Assembly: GCA_963699255.1 (NCBI GenBank)
Contig: OY969425.1
Span: forward strand, 150,001-182,000
Direction of reading: 5' to 3'
DNA length: 32,000 nucleotides
Source of the DNA: an uncultured bacterium
GTDB taxonomy: Bacteria; Margulisbacteria; WOR-1; CAVSGV01
Both the position numbers and the translations under genes were made by a program. Positions 1 to 9,356 of this stretch are shown piece by piece (position 1 is the stretch's first letter; each line of letters starts with the position of its first letter). The notes under the pieces were generated by a model. That model ran no database searches and was not told the DNA's origin. It worked only from the letters and a program-made list of their open reading frames with translations.

Positions 1-1149
1 GTATATTCTTTTTCATAGTACTTGGCTTTGGGGAAAGTGACATCGTGTTTTTTTGAATTACATGAGGCATTATTTACTGTCTCATCGATGGCAGCTTCAG
101 TATTTCGTGGGTTCTTTTTTATATGGAACATGATATCAGAGGATGAAACTTTGGGCCTGGCTTTAGATCCTTTGTCATTCTTGTAGTTATTTTCAAGAGT
201 ATGAATTAGAGTTTTGGCGTTATTAAGCACGGTCTCAGTATGTTTATATTCTCTCTTAAAGTACCAGGCGTCAGAGATTGAGATGCCCAATTCTTTAGAA
301 ATTTTTGGTACTTGAGCATTAGCATTTTCTAGGGCAGTATCCGAGTCTTTATATGCTTTCTCATAGTACATGGCAATATATTTAGGAACTTGATGCTTCT
401 TCATATGAGAAGGAATGGCGTCTACGGCGATTTTTAGGCGTTTTTCGGCTTCATCATATTCTTTTAGATAGAACATGACATAGGAAGGTGGGACGATTCC
501 TTTCCATTTTTTCACCAGCTTTTGAGCAAGATCGAGCCAGACATGAGGGAATGCTTTCGTGTGAATAAAAAAGAACATATCGGTGGGCGAAAACTTAAAT
601 CTGTTCTTCATGTATGTATGGTAAGAAAAAGGCAGGAACCTTCGCATAAGCAGCGCCTGTTGTTTGTTAGAGAGGTCGCTATTTTGATATTCAAATATCA
701 TGTCATGCATAGCTGTGGCCATGCCGAGCGTTGCCTTTGCAATATCAAGAGTCGTTACAGTTACAGGATCAGCAAAAGCATATACGCAATCGGAGTACAG
801 GATCCCTCTTTTGGAAAGTTCCTCCAAGGCCGCCAAAGGTTCCAGGACTAAGCTGTGGGTTGCAATGCCTGCAAATTCGATCAATTTGCTTTCATTTACC
901 ATATCATATTTGCGTTTTTCAAAGCGTGATGAAGGATGTTTCTTTATCCATATAAGATTCTTGGATCAGGGAATTTTTAATAGGCTCTTCAAGACAGGAA
1001 ATTTCTTGCGGCAAATTGCCGTTCTTAAAACCATATTTTGATTCTTTGCCGGCAGCTTTTTTTGCGGTATTAAGTATCGGCCTTACCCTGAGATAAAGCT
1101 TGCTCTCCCGAGCGTGCTGGAATTCCGCGTTCGTTATCATATACGTCAT
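1..1149 (-). CDS. Unknown protein, runs off the left edge; reading frame broken by an apparent single frameshift between about 919 and 965
   Basis: Minus-strand ORF starts at 1149 with GGAG upstream (MTYMITNAEFQHARESKLYLRVRP...) and stops at 919. Another minus-strand frame is open from 965 to the edge (...RFEKRKYDMVNESKLIEFAGIATHSLVLEPLAALEELSKRGILYSDCVYAFADPVTVTTLDIAKATLGMATAMHDMIFEYQ...), translated by hand because the ORF track omits edge-truncated frames. Confidence 0.6.
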
Positions 1150-1212
1150 TCGTTCTCCTGTGGTATTTATCGAAAGAAATCAGAGGGAATTTCGGATTTA
1201 GATGTGAATTTA

Positions 1213-2559
1213 TTAGATGCCACTTACCGATAGGCCGAAGATAAGTATGGACGGGGAGCCGATGCTGCCGCTGTGCGGGAAGAACATTATATCTGAACCT
1301 ATCTCATCTATATGATTGAGGATGTCAAATATGTTCCCGGCGAGGGTCATTCCTCTTACCGGCCTTGTTATATCGCCGTTCTCTATCAGGAAACCTGAGA
1401 ATCCGATCGAGAAATCCCCTGAGATCGGGTTTATCGTATGAGCGCCCATGATATTCGTCACCAGCAGCCCTTTGGACATGCCGCTTATTAGTTCGTCCTG
1501 CGTTTTGGATCCTGGCCTGACATATAAGTTGGTCGGCTGGATCTCCGGCTGTGACTTGAACGAACCCCTGAAAGAATTTCCCGTTGATGACATTTTGCTC
1601 TTCTTTGCCGTGTAAGAATTGTGAAGGAAAGACTTTAAAGTCCCGTCCTTTATTATGGCCGTTTCTCTTGTCGGGACGCCCTCATCGTCATATGGCACTG
1701 AGGATGTGCCGCCTTTCAGAATTCCGCAGTCAATCAGGTCCAGTTTAAATGACGCAACGCGTTTATCGATGGCATTGGTAAAGATCGATTTGCCCCTCTG
1801 CACAGATTCAGCCGAAAGGGCAGGGGCTATTGCTGAAATTAGTATCGTTCCGGCATACGGGGATAATAAGATCGGCGATCTCCCGCTTTTTTCCTGTTTG
1901 GCTCCGAGCATCAGCGCCGCTCGTTTTGCGGCTTCCTCTCCGATGTATTTTGCGTCAAGGCCTTTGAAGGCGGTCGAGAATTTAAGCCACGATCCGGTCT
2001 CCATAAGTCCATTGTCTTCCGCGATCACTTCGGCGAATGCTCCGCAGACGGCTTTTTCGTATAGGACATTTACGCCTTTTGAATTGGCTATGACAGTGGT
2101 TGAAACAGAATCCGTGTAGGATATCTTTTCGCTCTTTTTGATCCTTTTATCGACAGAATAAGCGGCTTTTTCTATGTCAACGGCGAGTTTGATCTTGTCT
2201 TCCAGTTTTGTATCTCTTATATCTCCTTCGACCAGAGTGAGTGATGTTTTTTGAGCCTTTGGTTCGGGAAAACCGAAATTTTCGTCGGGCGGGGAGTCTT
2301 CTGAATTGTCCAGTGCCTGTCCGATCAATGTTTCCATGGAATGCTCATCGAGGTCAGCGGTGTATGCGAATCCGATCTTTTTGTTCTTTATGATCCTGAG
2401 GGCCAGCCCGCCTTCATTTATATTATCCACCGATTCTATCTTCCGATTTATGACGTCTATTTTTAATTGTTTTATAGAGCTGGCGTAAACCTCCGCTTCG
2501 TCAGCTTTTGTTTTTACTTTATATAATATATTTTTTGCGAGGTCTTTTGTTATAAGCAT
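1213..2559 (-). CDS. pmbA: TldD/PmbA family metalloprotease-like protein (PmbA/TldE type)
   Basis: 448 aa; N-terminal ADEAEVYASSIKQLKIDVINRKIESVDNINEGGLALRI and C-terminal GDFSIGFSGFLIENGDITRPVRGMTLAGNIFDIL are typical of PmbA/TldE. Confidence 0.88.
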   Translation of the reverse strand: MLITKDLAKNILYKVKTKADEAEVYASSIKQLKIDVINRKIESVDNINEGGLALRIIKNKKIGFAYTADLDEHSMETLIGQALDNSEDSPPDENFGFPEPKAQKTSLTLVEGDIRDTKLEDKIKLAVDIEKAAYSVDKRIKKSEKISYTDSVSTTVIANSKGVNVLYEKAVCGAFAEVIAEDNGLMETGSWLKFSTAFKGLDAKYIGEEAAKRAALMLGAKQEKSGRSPILLSPYAGTILISAIAPALSAESVQRGKSIFTNAIDKRVASFKLDLIDCGILKGGTSSVPYDDEGVPTRETAIIKDGTLKSFLHNSYTAKKSKMSSTGNSFRGSFKSQPEIQPTNLYVRPGSKTQDELISGMSKGLLVTNIMGAHTINPISGDFSIGFSGFLIENGDITRPVRGMTLAGNIFDILNHIDEIGSDIMFFPHSGSIGSPSILIFGLSVSGI

Positions 2560-3545
2560 TGGACCGCGGTTATAGCAGTGATATTGACGATGTCATCGGC
2601 GCTGCAGCCGCGGGAGAGGTCGTTTATGGGTTTTGCCCCGCCCTGAAGGATAGGGCCGAGCGCTATGGCGCCTCCGATCCTCTCCGTTATCTTGTAGCAA
2701 ATGTTGCCCGCGTCAAGGTCTGGGAATATCAATATATTGGCTTTTCCCGCAACCTTTGAATCGGGCGCTTTCATTTTTCCGATGGAGGGGATCAAAGCCG
2801 CGTCACCCTGGAGTTCCCCGTCTATAAGTAGTTCGGGCCTTTTGTTTTTAACGATATTGGTAGCGGCAACGACCTTGTCCACGTCCGGATGGCTTGCGCT
2901 TCCCTTTGTTGAGAATGAAAGCATCGCGACCTTCGGATCCCGGCCCACAAGCTTCCTGAAGGAATCCGCCGTGGTGATGGCAATGTCAGAGAGTTGATCC
3001 GATGTCGGATTGGGGTTTACTCCGCAGTCAGCATAGAAAAGAAGGCCGTCGATGCCGAATTCTTTCTTGGGCGCGATCATCGCGAAGAAGCTTGAGATCA
3101 GGCTTATTCCGGGAGCCAGGCCCACGCAATGAACAGCCGCTTTTATCGTGTGCGCGGTAGGAGAATTCGCTCCGGTCACCATTCCATCTGCATCGCCGGA
3201 TCTTACCATCATTGCCCCGAAGAACGAATAATCCTCTGACATTATCTTTCTTGCTTCTTCAAGCGTCATCCCTTTCTTTTCCCTCAGCTTCTGGTATTCG
3301 GCAATGTATTTTTCAAGCTTATCCGAACTCGCGGGATCGATGATCGTTGCATCCGATATGTTGACGCTGTTTTTATCGGCGAGATCTTTTATTTCAACTT
3401 CTCTGCCGATAAGTATGATCTTTGCAAGGTGGCTTTTTGTTATTATTTCCGTCGCCCTGAGGATCCTGACGTCAGTTGTTTCCGGGAGTACTATTGTTTT
3501 ATTAAGTTTTCTCGCCTTGTTCCAGGTATCTTGTATAAAATCCAT
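2550..3545 (-). CDS. pta: Phosphate acetyltransferase
   Basis: 331 aa; PTA_PTB family features (TVVLPETTDVRIL, DGMVTGANSPTAHTIKAA, FLLYADCGVNPNPTSDQLSDIA-like stretch, GGAKPINDLSRGCSADDIVNI). Confidence 0.92.
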   Translation of the reverse strand: MDFIQDTWNKARKLNKTIVLPETTDVRILRATEIITKSHLAKIILIGREVEIKDLADKNSVNISDATIIDPASSDKLEKYIAEYQKLREKKGMTLEEARKIMSEDYSFFGAMMVRSGDADGMVTGANSPTAHTIKAAVHCVGLAPGISLISSFFAMIAPKKEFGIDGLLFYADCGVNPNPTSDQLSDIAITTADSFRKLVGRDPKVAMLSFSTKGSASHPDVDKVVAATNIVKNKRPELLIDGELQGDAALIPSIGKMKAPDSKVAGKANILIFPDLDAGNICYKITERIGGAIALGPILQGGAKPINDLSRGCSADDIVNITAITAVQCL

Positions 3546-3560
3546 TGCTGATCCTTTCCT

Positions 3561-4244
3561 TTAAAAAGGCACCGCTTCCTCGAATTTCGGCCGGTTCAAA
3601 CTTGAAATATAGGTTTCAAGGTCCTTTTTTGTCGCGATGTTCTTGTTCTTGAGCTTGTCAAGGAACTTCAGCCATATCTGGTAAGTAAGTTCGGCGTCAC
3701 CGATGGCCCTGTGGCGGTTCGCGATGTCCAGGTTGAAATATCGCGCTATGGTCGGCAGTTTGTGGTTTTCAAGGTTGGGCAGAAGGTCCCTTGCGACCAG
3801 CAGCGTGCAGACAATGAAATTATCCAGCTCTTTGTTGAGATATTTTTTCATTTTGATTTTTAAAAATGTCGTGTCGAATGCGGCGTTATGGGCCACGATA
3901 ATGCTGTCCCCGATAAAGCTGGCGAAAAGGGAAAGTACCGGCTTGACGGGGAGTTCGCCGACCAGCATTTCCTGGGTTATGCCTGTCAGGCTTACGATAT
4001 TCTCGGGGACCTGTTTTTCGGGCTTGATAAGCTTGTTGAAGATATCCTTTACCTCTCCGCCCTCAACTTTTATCGCGCCTATTTCTATTATTTCATCAGC
4101 GGCCGGATCAAGCCCTGTTGTTTCAATGTCCACTATCACATACGAGAGATTTTCCGGGTCCCCTAGGCGGGTCCTGGCGCGGCTTAAAAATTTAAATTCC
4201 TTCTCCAGCCTGATAAATTCTTCGTCTTTAATGATGTCTGTCAT
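3561..4244 (-). CDS. DEDDh 3'-5' exonuclease (DNA polymerase III epsilon/PolC exonuclease-like)
   Basis: VIVDIETTGLDPAADEIIEIGAIKV (ExoI), VAHNAAFDTTFL (ExoII), HRAIGDAELTYQIW (ExoIII). Confidence 0.85.
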   Translation of the reverse strand: MTDIIKDEEFIRLEKEFKFLSRARTRLGDPENLSYVIVDIETTGLDPAADEIIEIGAIKVEGGEVKDIFNKLIKPEKQVPENIVSLTGITQEMLVGELPVKPVLSLFASFIGDSIIVAHNAAFDTTFLKIKMKKYLNKELDNFIVCTLLVARDLLPNLENHKLPTIARYFNLDIANRHRAIGDAELTYQIWLKFLDKLKNKNIATKKDLETYISSLNRPKFEEAVPF

Positions 4245-5305
4245 ATTTGAGTTAGTTCGTAGCTTCTTTTTCCGATCCCAAGGCTTTCAGCATAACTTAA
4301 TTGAACCGACCAGTCAATATCCGGATAAATTTCCCTGAACTTGTCCTTTGATCCGCTTCCTTTATTGACCAGATCCACGCTTGCTTGATCGATCGCGACC
4401 GGATCATACGATGCCAGCAGGCCAATATCAGCGGTCACCGGCGGATCGTTCCACCCGTAACAGTCGCAGTTCGGCGATATGTCCGTCAGGAAATTAAAGT
4501 AAGCCATCTTGTTTTTCTTGTCCTTCCATACCCCATAAAAATACTCGACGATCTTTTCCTGTACCGAAGCCGGGTTGCCGGCCCAGGAGACCGCGATGGC
4601 GCCAAAATTGCAGCTGGCGATGCACTCTCCGCATCCTATGCACTTGCTCTTGTCTATCTCGGATTTATTGTTCACCAGCTTGATCGCGGAAGTGGGGCAC
4701 CACATTATGCAGCACCCGCACGCCGTGCATTTTTCTTTGTTGACCTCCGGGTGCACATCGGAGTGCATCGTCTGTTTTCCCGCCCTTGAACCGAGCCCCA
4801 TGCCTATGTTCTTTAAGGCGCCGCCGAAACCCGTCAGCTCGTGTCCTTTGAAATGTGTAAGCACGATCAGGCTCTCGGCATGGAAGGCCGCGGCCGCTAT
4901 CTTGACGTCCTTGAAATGTTTCAGATTGACGCTTACCTGGATGGATTCTTTTCCCGTCAATCCGTCCGCGATGATGACCGGGACGCCAATATCCGTGAAA
5001 TCATACCCGTGTTTGTAGGCCGTAATCATATGATTTACCGCGTCGGACCTGGTGCCTTTATACAAAGTGTTCGCGTCGGTCAAAAAGGGGAGGGCTTTCA
5101 ATTTTTTGATCCTCTCGATCAAAGGCTTGATGTTCGAGGGTTTCAGGTAAGCGGTATTCCCGATCTCTCCGAAATGGACCTTAAGCGCGGTAAGGGAGCT
5201 CTCCTTTATGAAAGATGTTTTAAGGGCGTCAAAAAGCTTTGATATATCCTTATCTTTTGAGAAGAAAACCTTTGATTTTTCCATCTGCCGTTTCTCATCT
5301 CTCAT
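4241..5305 (-). CDS. DUF362 domain protein with two 4Fe-4S ferredoxin-like clusters
   Basis: CTACGCCIMWCP and CIGCGECIASCNFGAI motifs within a DUF362-like frame (KVHFGEIGNTAYLKP, LIVLTHFKGHELTGFGGALKNIGMGLGSRAGK). Confidence 0.87.
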   Translation of the reverse strand: MRDEKRQMEKSKVFFSKDKDISKLFDALKTSFIKESSLTALKVHFGEIGNTAYLKPSNIKPLIERIKKLKALPFLTDANTLYKGTRSDAVNHMITAYKHGYDFTDIGVPVIIADGLTGKESIQVSVNLKHFKDVKIAAAAFHAESLIVLTHFKGHELTGFGGALKNIGMGLGSRAGKQTMHSDVHPEVNKEKCTACGCCIMWCPTSAIKLVNNKSEIDKSKCIGCGECIASCNFGAIAVSWAGNPASVQEKIVEYFYGVWKDKKNKMAYFNFLTDISPNCDCYGWNDPPVTADIGLLASYDPVAIDQASVDLVNKGSGSKDKFREIYPDIDWSVQLSYAESLGIGKRSYELTQI

Positions 5306-5326
5306 CTCGCGTCTCGCATCTCTTTT

Positions 5327-6112
5327 TTATTGATATACTTCGGGCCGCCGGTCAAGGAGTACAGGCATTGATTTGCGTACTTCCTCGATGCGCCCCAGGT
5401 CTATTTCGGAAACAAGTATCCCTTCTTTGTCATCAAGCTCATGAAGCACGGTGCCGTAAGGATCTATCGCTATAGAATGACCAAAGTATTCAGGGTTCTT
5501 GCCCCCTATCCTGTTGACGCCGATCAAGAACACCTGGTTCTCTATCGCTCTGGACCTTAAGATCGCGTGCCAGTGATGTTCCCTCGGGCGGGGGAATTGT
5601 GATGGGACTATGAGCACTTCGGCCCCTTCCAGCGTGAGTTTTCTCGCGATCTCAGGGAATCTTATATCATAACAGATCGTGATCCCGAGCTTTGCCAGAG
5701 GCGTCGCGATAACGGATATTCTGTCGCCTCCGGCGAAATATTTTGATTCATCTGTCATGGAAAAAGGATGTATCTTGCGGCTAAAGCCGAGCGTTTTTCT
5801 TTCAGGGGAGAAGACCATGGATGTATTGTAGAGCTTTCCTTCAAAGAGCTCAGGGATCGATCCACCAACAATGTAGGCGTTCGTCTTGTAAGAGAGGTTC
5901 GTCAGGAAGGATGTCAGTTCATTAAAGTATTCTTTCGCCATATTTTTAATGTAAGGGAATGCAAAGCCCGTTGCGAACATCTCCGGGAATATGATCATGT
6001 CAGGGTTGAATTTGAGGCTTTTTTCCGACAGAGCGATAGCGGTCTTCAGGTTGTGCTGTATATCGCCCGGCTTTACGTCCATTTGTATGCCCGTTATGAC
6101 AAATCTCTTCAT
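5327..6112 (-). CDS. Carbon-nitrogen hydrolase (nitrilase/omega-amidase-like)
   Basis: Glu (FPEMFATGF), Lys (RKIHPF) and Cys (GITICYDIRFPEIAR) catalytic motifs of the nitrilase superfamily. Confidence 0.9.
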   Translation of the reverse strand: MKRFVITGIQMDVKPGDIQHNLKTAIALSEKSLKFNPDMIIFPEMFATGFAFPYIKNMAKEYFNELTSFLTNLSYKTNAYIVGGSIPELFEGKLYNTSMVFSPERKTLGFSRKIHPFSMTDESKYFAGGDRISVIATPLAKLGITICYDIRFPEIARKLTLEGAEVLIVPSQFPRPREHHWHAILRSRAIENQVFLIGVNRIGGKNPEYFGHSIAIDPYGTVLHELDDKEGILVSEIDLGRIEEVRKSMPVLLDRRPEVYQ

Positions 6113-6741
6113 GCCTTCAGTTCCTTTGCCGTTTTGAAGAAATCAAGCGCGCCTCTGACTTCCTTCATATCCTGCCAGGTATGCCATTTAGGGCTTCCAA
6201 CCTCTTTCGATTGGTTCCTTAAGAGGTAGGAAGGATGGAAGATCGGCATCACCGAAATATCCGTTCCCGCGAGCTTGAACCATTTCCCCCGGATCTTTGA
6301 TATCGGGTCTTCGTTCTTCAATACGACCTTTGTTGAAGGAGCGCCGGCAAGAAGGATTATTTTTGGCTGGATCAGCTTGATCTGGGCTTCAAGATATGGG
6401 TAGCAGGCTGTAGTCTCTTCCACCTGCGGGGTCCTGTTCTCCGGAGGTCTGCACTTGACTATATTGGCGATATAAATGTCTTTTTCCCTGTCGATATTGA
6501 TTGAAGCCAGGATCTGGGTCAACAGCTGTCCCGCTCTCCCGACAAAAGGAAGTCCCGACAGGTCTTCCTGTTCACCGGGCCCTTCGCCAATAAGCATAAG
6601 ATCGCAGGGGACCGGTCCGTGCCCGAAGACTACTTTTGTACGTGTTTTTGCCAGGACGCACTTCGTGCATTTCTGGGCTATTGCTTCAAGTTCTTTGTAG
6701 GAGAGGGAACTTAAGTCTTCCTCTTTTTCGAATAATGTCAT
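6109..6741 (-). CDS. Uracil-DNA glycosylase, family 4 type
   Basis: CTKCVLAKTRTKVVFGHG, LMLIGEGPGEQEDLSGLPFVGRAGQLL, YIANIVKCRPPENRTP, FHPSYLLRN. Confidence 0.9.
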   Translation of the reverse strand: MTLFEKEEDLSSLSYKELEAIAQKCTKCVLAKTRTKVVFGHGPVPCDLMLIGEGPGEQEDLSGLPFVGRAGQLLTQILASINIDREKDIYIANIVKCRPPENRTPQVEETTACYPYLEAQIKLIQPKIILLAGAPSTKVVLKNEDPISKIRGKWFKLAGTDISVMPIFHPSYLLRNQSKEVGSPKWHTWQDMKEVRGALDFFKTAKELKA

Positions 6742-6804
6742 TTATTCACCGGCAGAATGATAACAAAAATACCGGGCGATTACAAACGGCCATATTAAGC
6801 GGCG

Positions 6805-6832
6805 TGAAATTATATGCATATATTTTCGATAT
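6805..6832 (+). promoter_or_regulatory. Candidate sigma-28/sigma-D-like promoter (copy 1): TGAAATTA-N12-TTCGATAT
   Basis: Same geometry as five other copies in this window; 29 nt from -10 start to the ATG at 6854. Confidence 0.5.
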
Positions 6833-6853
6833 ATATGTTAGAGGGGATCAATA

Positions 6854-7657
6854 ATGTCGATAATCAGTATAAATAGCAAATCTATTAAGCGTGATTATAA
6901 CGGTTACAGCAAATATTTGGAAGATAGCAAGGACAATCAAAATATCCATGCCAATAGGTGTCGTTATGATGGTATCCATAAATACATGGAAGATTTCAGG
7001 AACAGCCAAAAGAGCAATTCTTATAAGCGTAATTACAATGGCTACAACCAGTATTTGGAAGGCAGCAAGGACAATCAAAATATCCATGCCAATAGGTGTC
7101 GTTATGATGGCATCCATAAATATATGGAAGATTTCAGGAATGGCCAAAAGTCCAAAATTATTGATCCAAATGATGTTCTTCAGCTTTATTGGGCGCAAAA
7201 GTTGGATATCGATGAAATATCAAAAAATAACCCGACACCTGTTCTTCAGGCGGATAATCGTGATCCGGCGCTTATAAAGGCAATGTCAGATCATAATACC
7301 CCTTCAGTACTTCAGTGGCAGTTATTGGCAATAGGTGTGAACTGCAATAATGCCTTGCAAACATTGGGTTTTTCAGTTATTCAAGATGCCGCAAGTGGTT
7401 TGAGCCGTTTAATTGGAGATGGAAGGATAGCGCCATACACTACCGATGAGCAGATATGGCAGGCATGGCAAAATTCGCTTGGGAAGAACGTGGCCAATAC
7501 CTTATACTCAGGAACAGAAAGCGTAGCGATATATATGACAGGAGAAATGGCCGACGCTTTACTTCCTTTAAAAGGGTCCATAGGGAAAGGGCTTGTAAAG
7601 AACAGTGCTTATGCCGGCGCTTCTTACGGCTTCAATTATATGTCGATGGAGAAATAA
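6854..7657 (+). CDS. Unknown 267-aa protein with four tandem 23-aa repeats at the N-terminus; no obvious Sec signal
   Basis: ATG after GGGGATC; longest of three overlapping open frames and the one that continues past the repeat; candidate promoter immediately upstream. Confidence 0.65.
   Translation: MSIISINSKSIKRDYNGYSKYLEDSKDNQNIHANRCRYDGIHKYMEDFRNSQKSNSYKRNYNGYNQYLEGSKDNQNIHANRCRYDGIHKYMEDFRNGQKSKIIDPNDVLQLYWAQKLDIDEISKNNPTPVLQADNRDPALIKAMSDHNTPSVLQWQLLAIGVNCNNALQTLGFSVIQDAASGLSRLIGDGRIAPYTTDEQIWQAWQNSLGKNVANTLYSGTESVAIYMTGEMADALLPLKGSIGKGLVKNSAYAGASYGFNYMSMEK
6896..7171 (+). repeat. Coding tandem repeat, 2 x 138 bp, each made of 2 x 69 bp (23 aa) units
   Basis: Y(N/D)G(Y/I)..Y(L/M)E(D/G)... 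four units: YNGYSKYLEDSKDNQNIHANRCR / YDGIHKYMEDFRNSQKSNSYKRN / YNGYNQYLEGSKDNQNIHANRCR / YDGIHKYMEDFRNGQKSKII; the 138-nt period is nearly identical at DNA level. Confidence 0.9.
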
Positions 7658-7793
7658 GACTCTTATCCATTATATCCTTTGGTGTTGCACCTCAATTTAG
7701 AACCCGGGGACTCTTTTTTCATTTCAATATTACCTTTTCCTGTGTTATAATTACTTGTCTAATTTCAGCAATTTTCCTATTGGAGAGCAAAAA

Positions 7794-9355
7794 ATGAAGC
7801 AGGTTAAGTTATTTGATACTACGCTCAGGGACGGCGCCCAGACGGAGGGTATTTCCTTCACTGTTGAGGACAAACTGAAGATCGCCAAACTACTGGACAG
7901 GCTGGGAATTCACTATATCGAGGGCGGCTGGCCGGCTTCAACCCGAAAGATATCGAGTTCTTCAAGAGAGCTAGGGAACTTGATCTGAAAAACGCCAAAA
8001 TTGTCGCGTTCGGAAGCACGAGAAGAGCAAAGATAAAACCCGATGATGACCCGAACCTTAAAGCGATCATAGAGTCGGGAGCTCCCGCGGTCGCTTTATT
8101 CGGCAAATCCTGGGATTTCCATGTAACGGAAGCGCTGAAGATCTCTCTGGACGAGAATGTGGAACTTGTTGAAGATTCGATCAGTTTTCTTAAAAAGCAC
8201 GGCAAAGAAGTGATATTCGATGCCGAACATTTTTTTGACGGATATAAAGCCAACCCGAAATACGCGCTCAGGGTCCTGAGGGCGGCGCAATCCGGCGGCG
8301 CGGATGTTCTCTGCCTGTGCGATACGAACGGCGGAACGCTTGCTTTTGAAGCGCAGAAGATCATCAACGACGTAAAAAAACACGTGAAGAAGCCTCTGGG
8401 AATTCACGCTCACAATGATTCCGAATGCGCGGTCTCGGTTTCCTGTATGGCGGTTTACTGCGGGGTGACGCATGTCCAGGGGACGATGAACGGATACGGC
8501 GAGAGATGCGGCAACGCCGACCTTTGTTCGATAATCCCGATATTGAAGCTCAAACTCGGGATCGACTGCATCTCCGACGATCAGCTGAAAAGCCTGACCG
8601 AGATATCACGGCACATTGCCGAGATCGCAAATCTGCAGCAGAGCGTGCATCAGCCTTTTGTCGGCAGGAGCGCGTTCGCTCATAAAGGCGGGATCCATGT
8701 AAGCGCCGTTTTGAAGCATCCCGGCACATACGAGCACATTAAGCCAAGCCTGGTCGGCAATGAGCAGAGGGTAACGATCTCGGAGCTTTCCGGCGTGAGC
8801 AATCTTGTTTACAAAGCGAAGGATTACGGCGTTGACATAAAAAAAGATTCGCCGGAAGTAAAAACACTGCTTTCCAGTCTGAAAGCGTTGGAGCTCGAAG
8901 GCTACCAGTTCGAGGAAGGAGAAGCTTCTTTTGAGCTTCTTGTGAAGAAAGCGTTGAAAGCGTTCAAGCCCAGGTTCACTCTTGAAGGTTTTGACATCGT
9001 TACGGTCAAGCACGACACTGAGGCCACAAAAGTAAAAGCAAAACTGAAAATAAGGGTGGGGGAGAACGTCTCTGAGACGGAAGCTTACGGGGACGGGCCG
9101 ATCAATGCCATTGACGGCGCTTTAAGGAAGGCGATCGAAAGCGTTTTCCCGGAAATAAAGGAAGTTAAACTTACGGATTACAAGGTGAGGGTCCTGGATT
9201 CCGAGGAAGGCACCGCCGCGAAGGTGCGCGTTATCGTTGAATCTACCGACGGCAAAAGGACGTGGGGGACGGTTGGCGTTTCAACGAATGTCATTGAAGC
9301 GAGCTGGTTCGCGCTGCTGGACAGCATAGAATATAAGCTCATGATAGGAGAATAG
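7794..9355 (+). CDS. cimA: (R)-citramalate synthase / 2-isopropylmalate synthase family, with an apparent one-nucleotide deletion near 7936-7942
   Basis: [22 protein letters not shown] from ATG 7794 (GGAG upstream); frame breaks at IEGGWP..., and the next frame gives [38 protein letters not shown]... continuing to the stop at 9355. Confidence 0.85.
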
Positions 9356-9356
9356 C

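Noticed and set aside
522-1041. Three overlapping plus-strand ORFs (522..851, 700..1041, 731..955)
   Set aside because: They lie antisense to a better minus-strand coding frame that continues to the left edge; no SD or family features.
6848-7277. Antisense 116-aa hydrophobic ORF (6848..7198 -) and +2-frame ORF (6891..7277)
   Set aside because: The 69/138-bp repeat period is a multiple of three so it keeps all frames open; repetitive IIT/GMDILIV patterns are a by-product of the coding repeat at 6896-7171.
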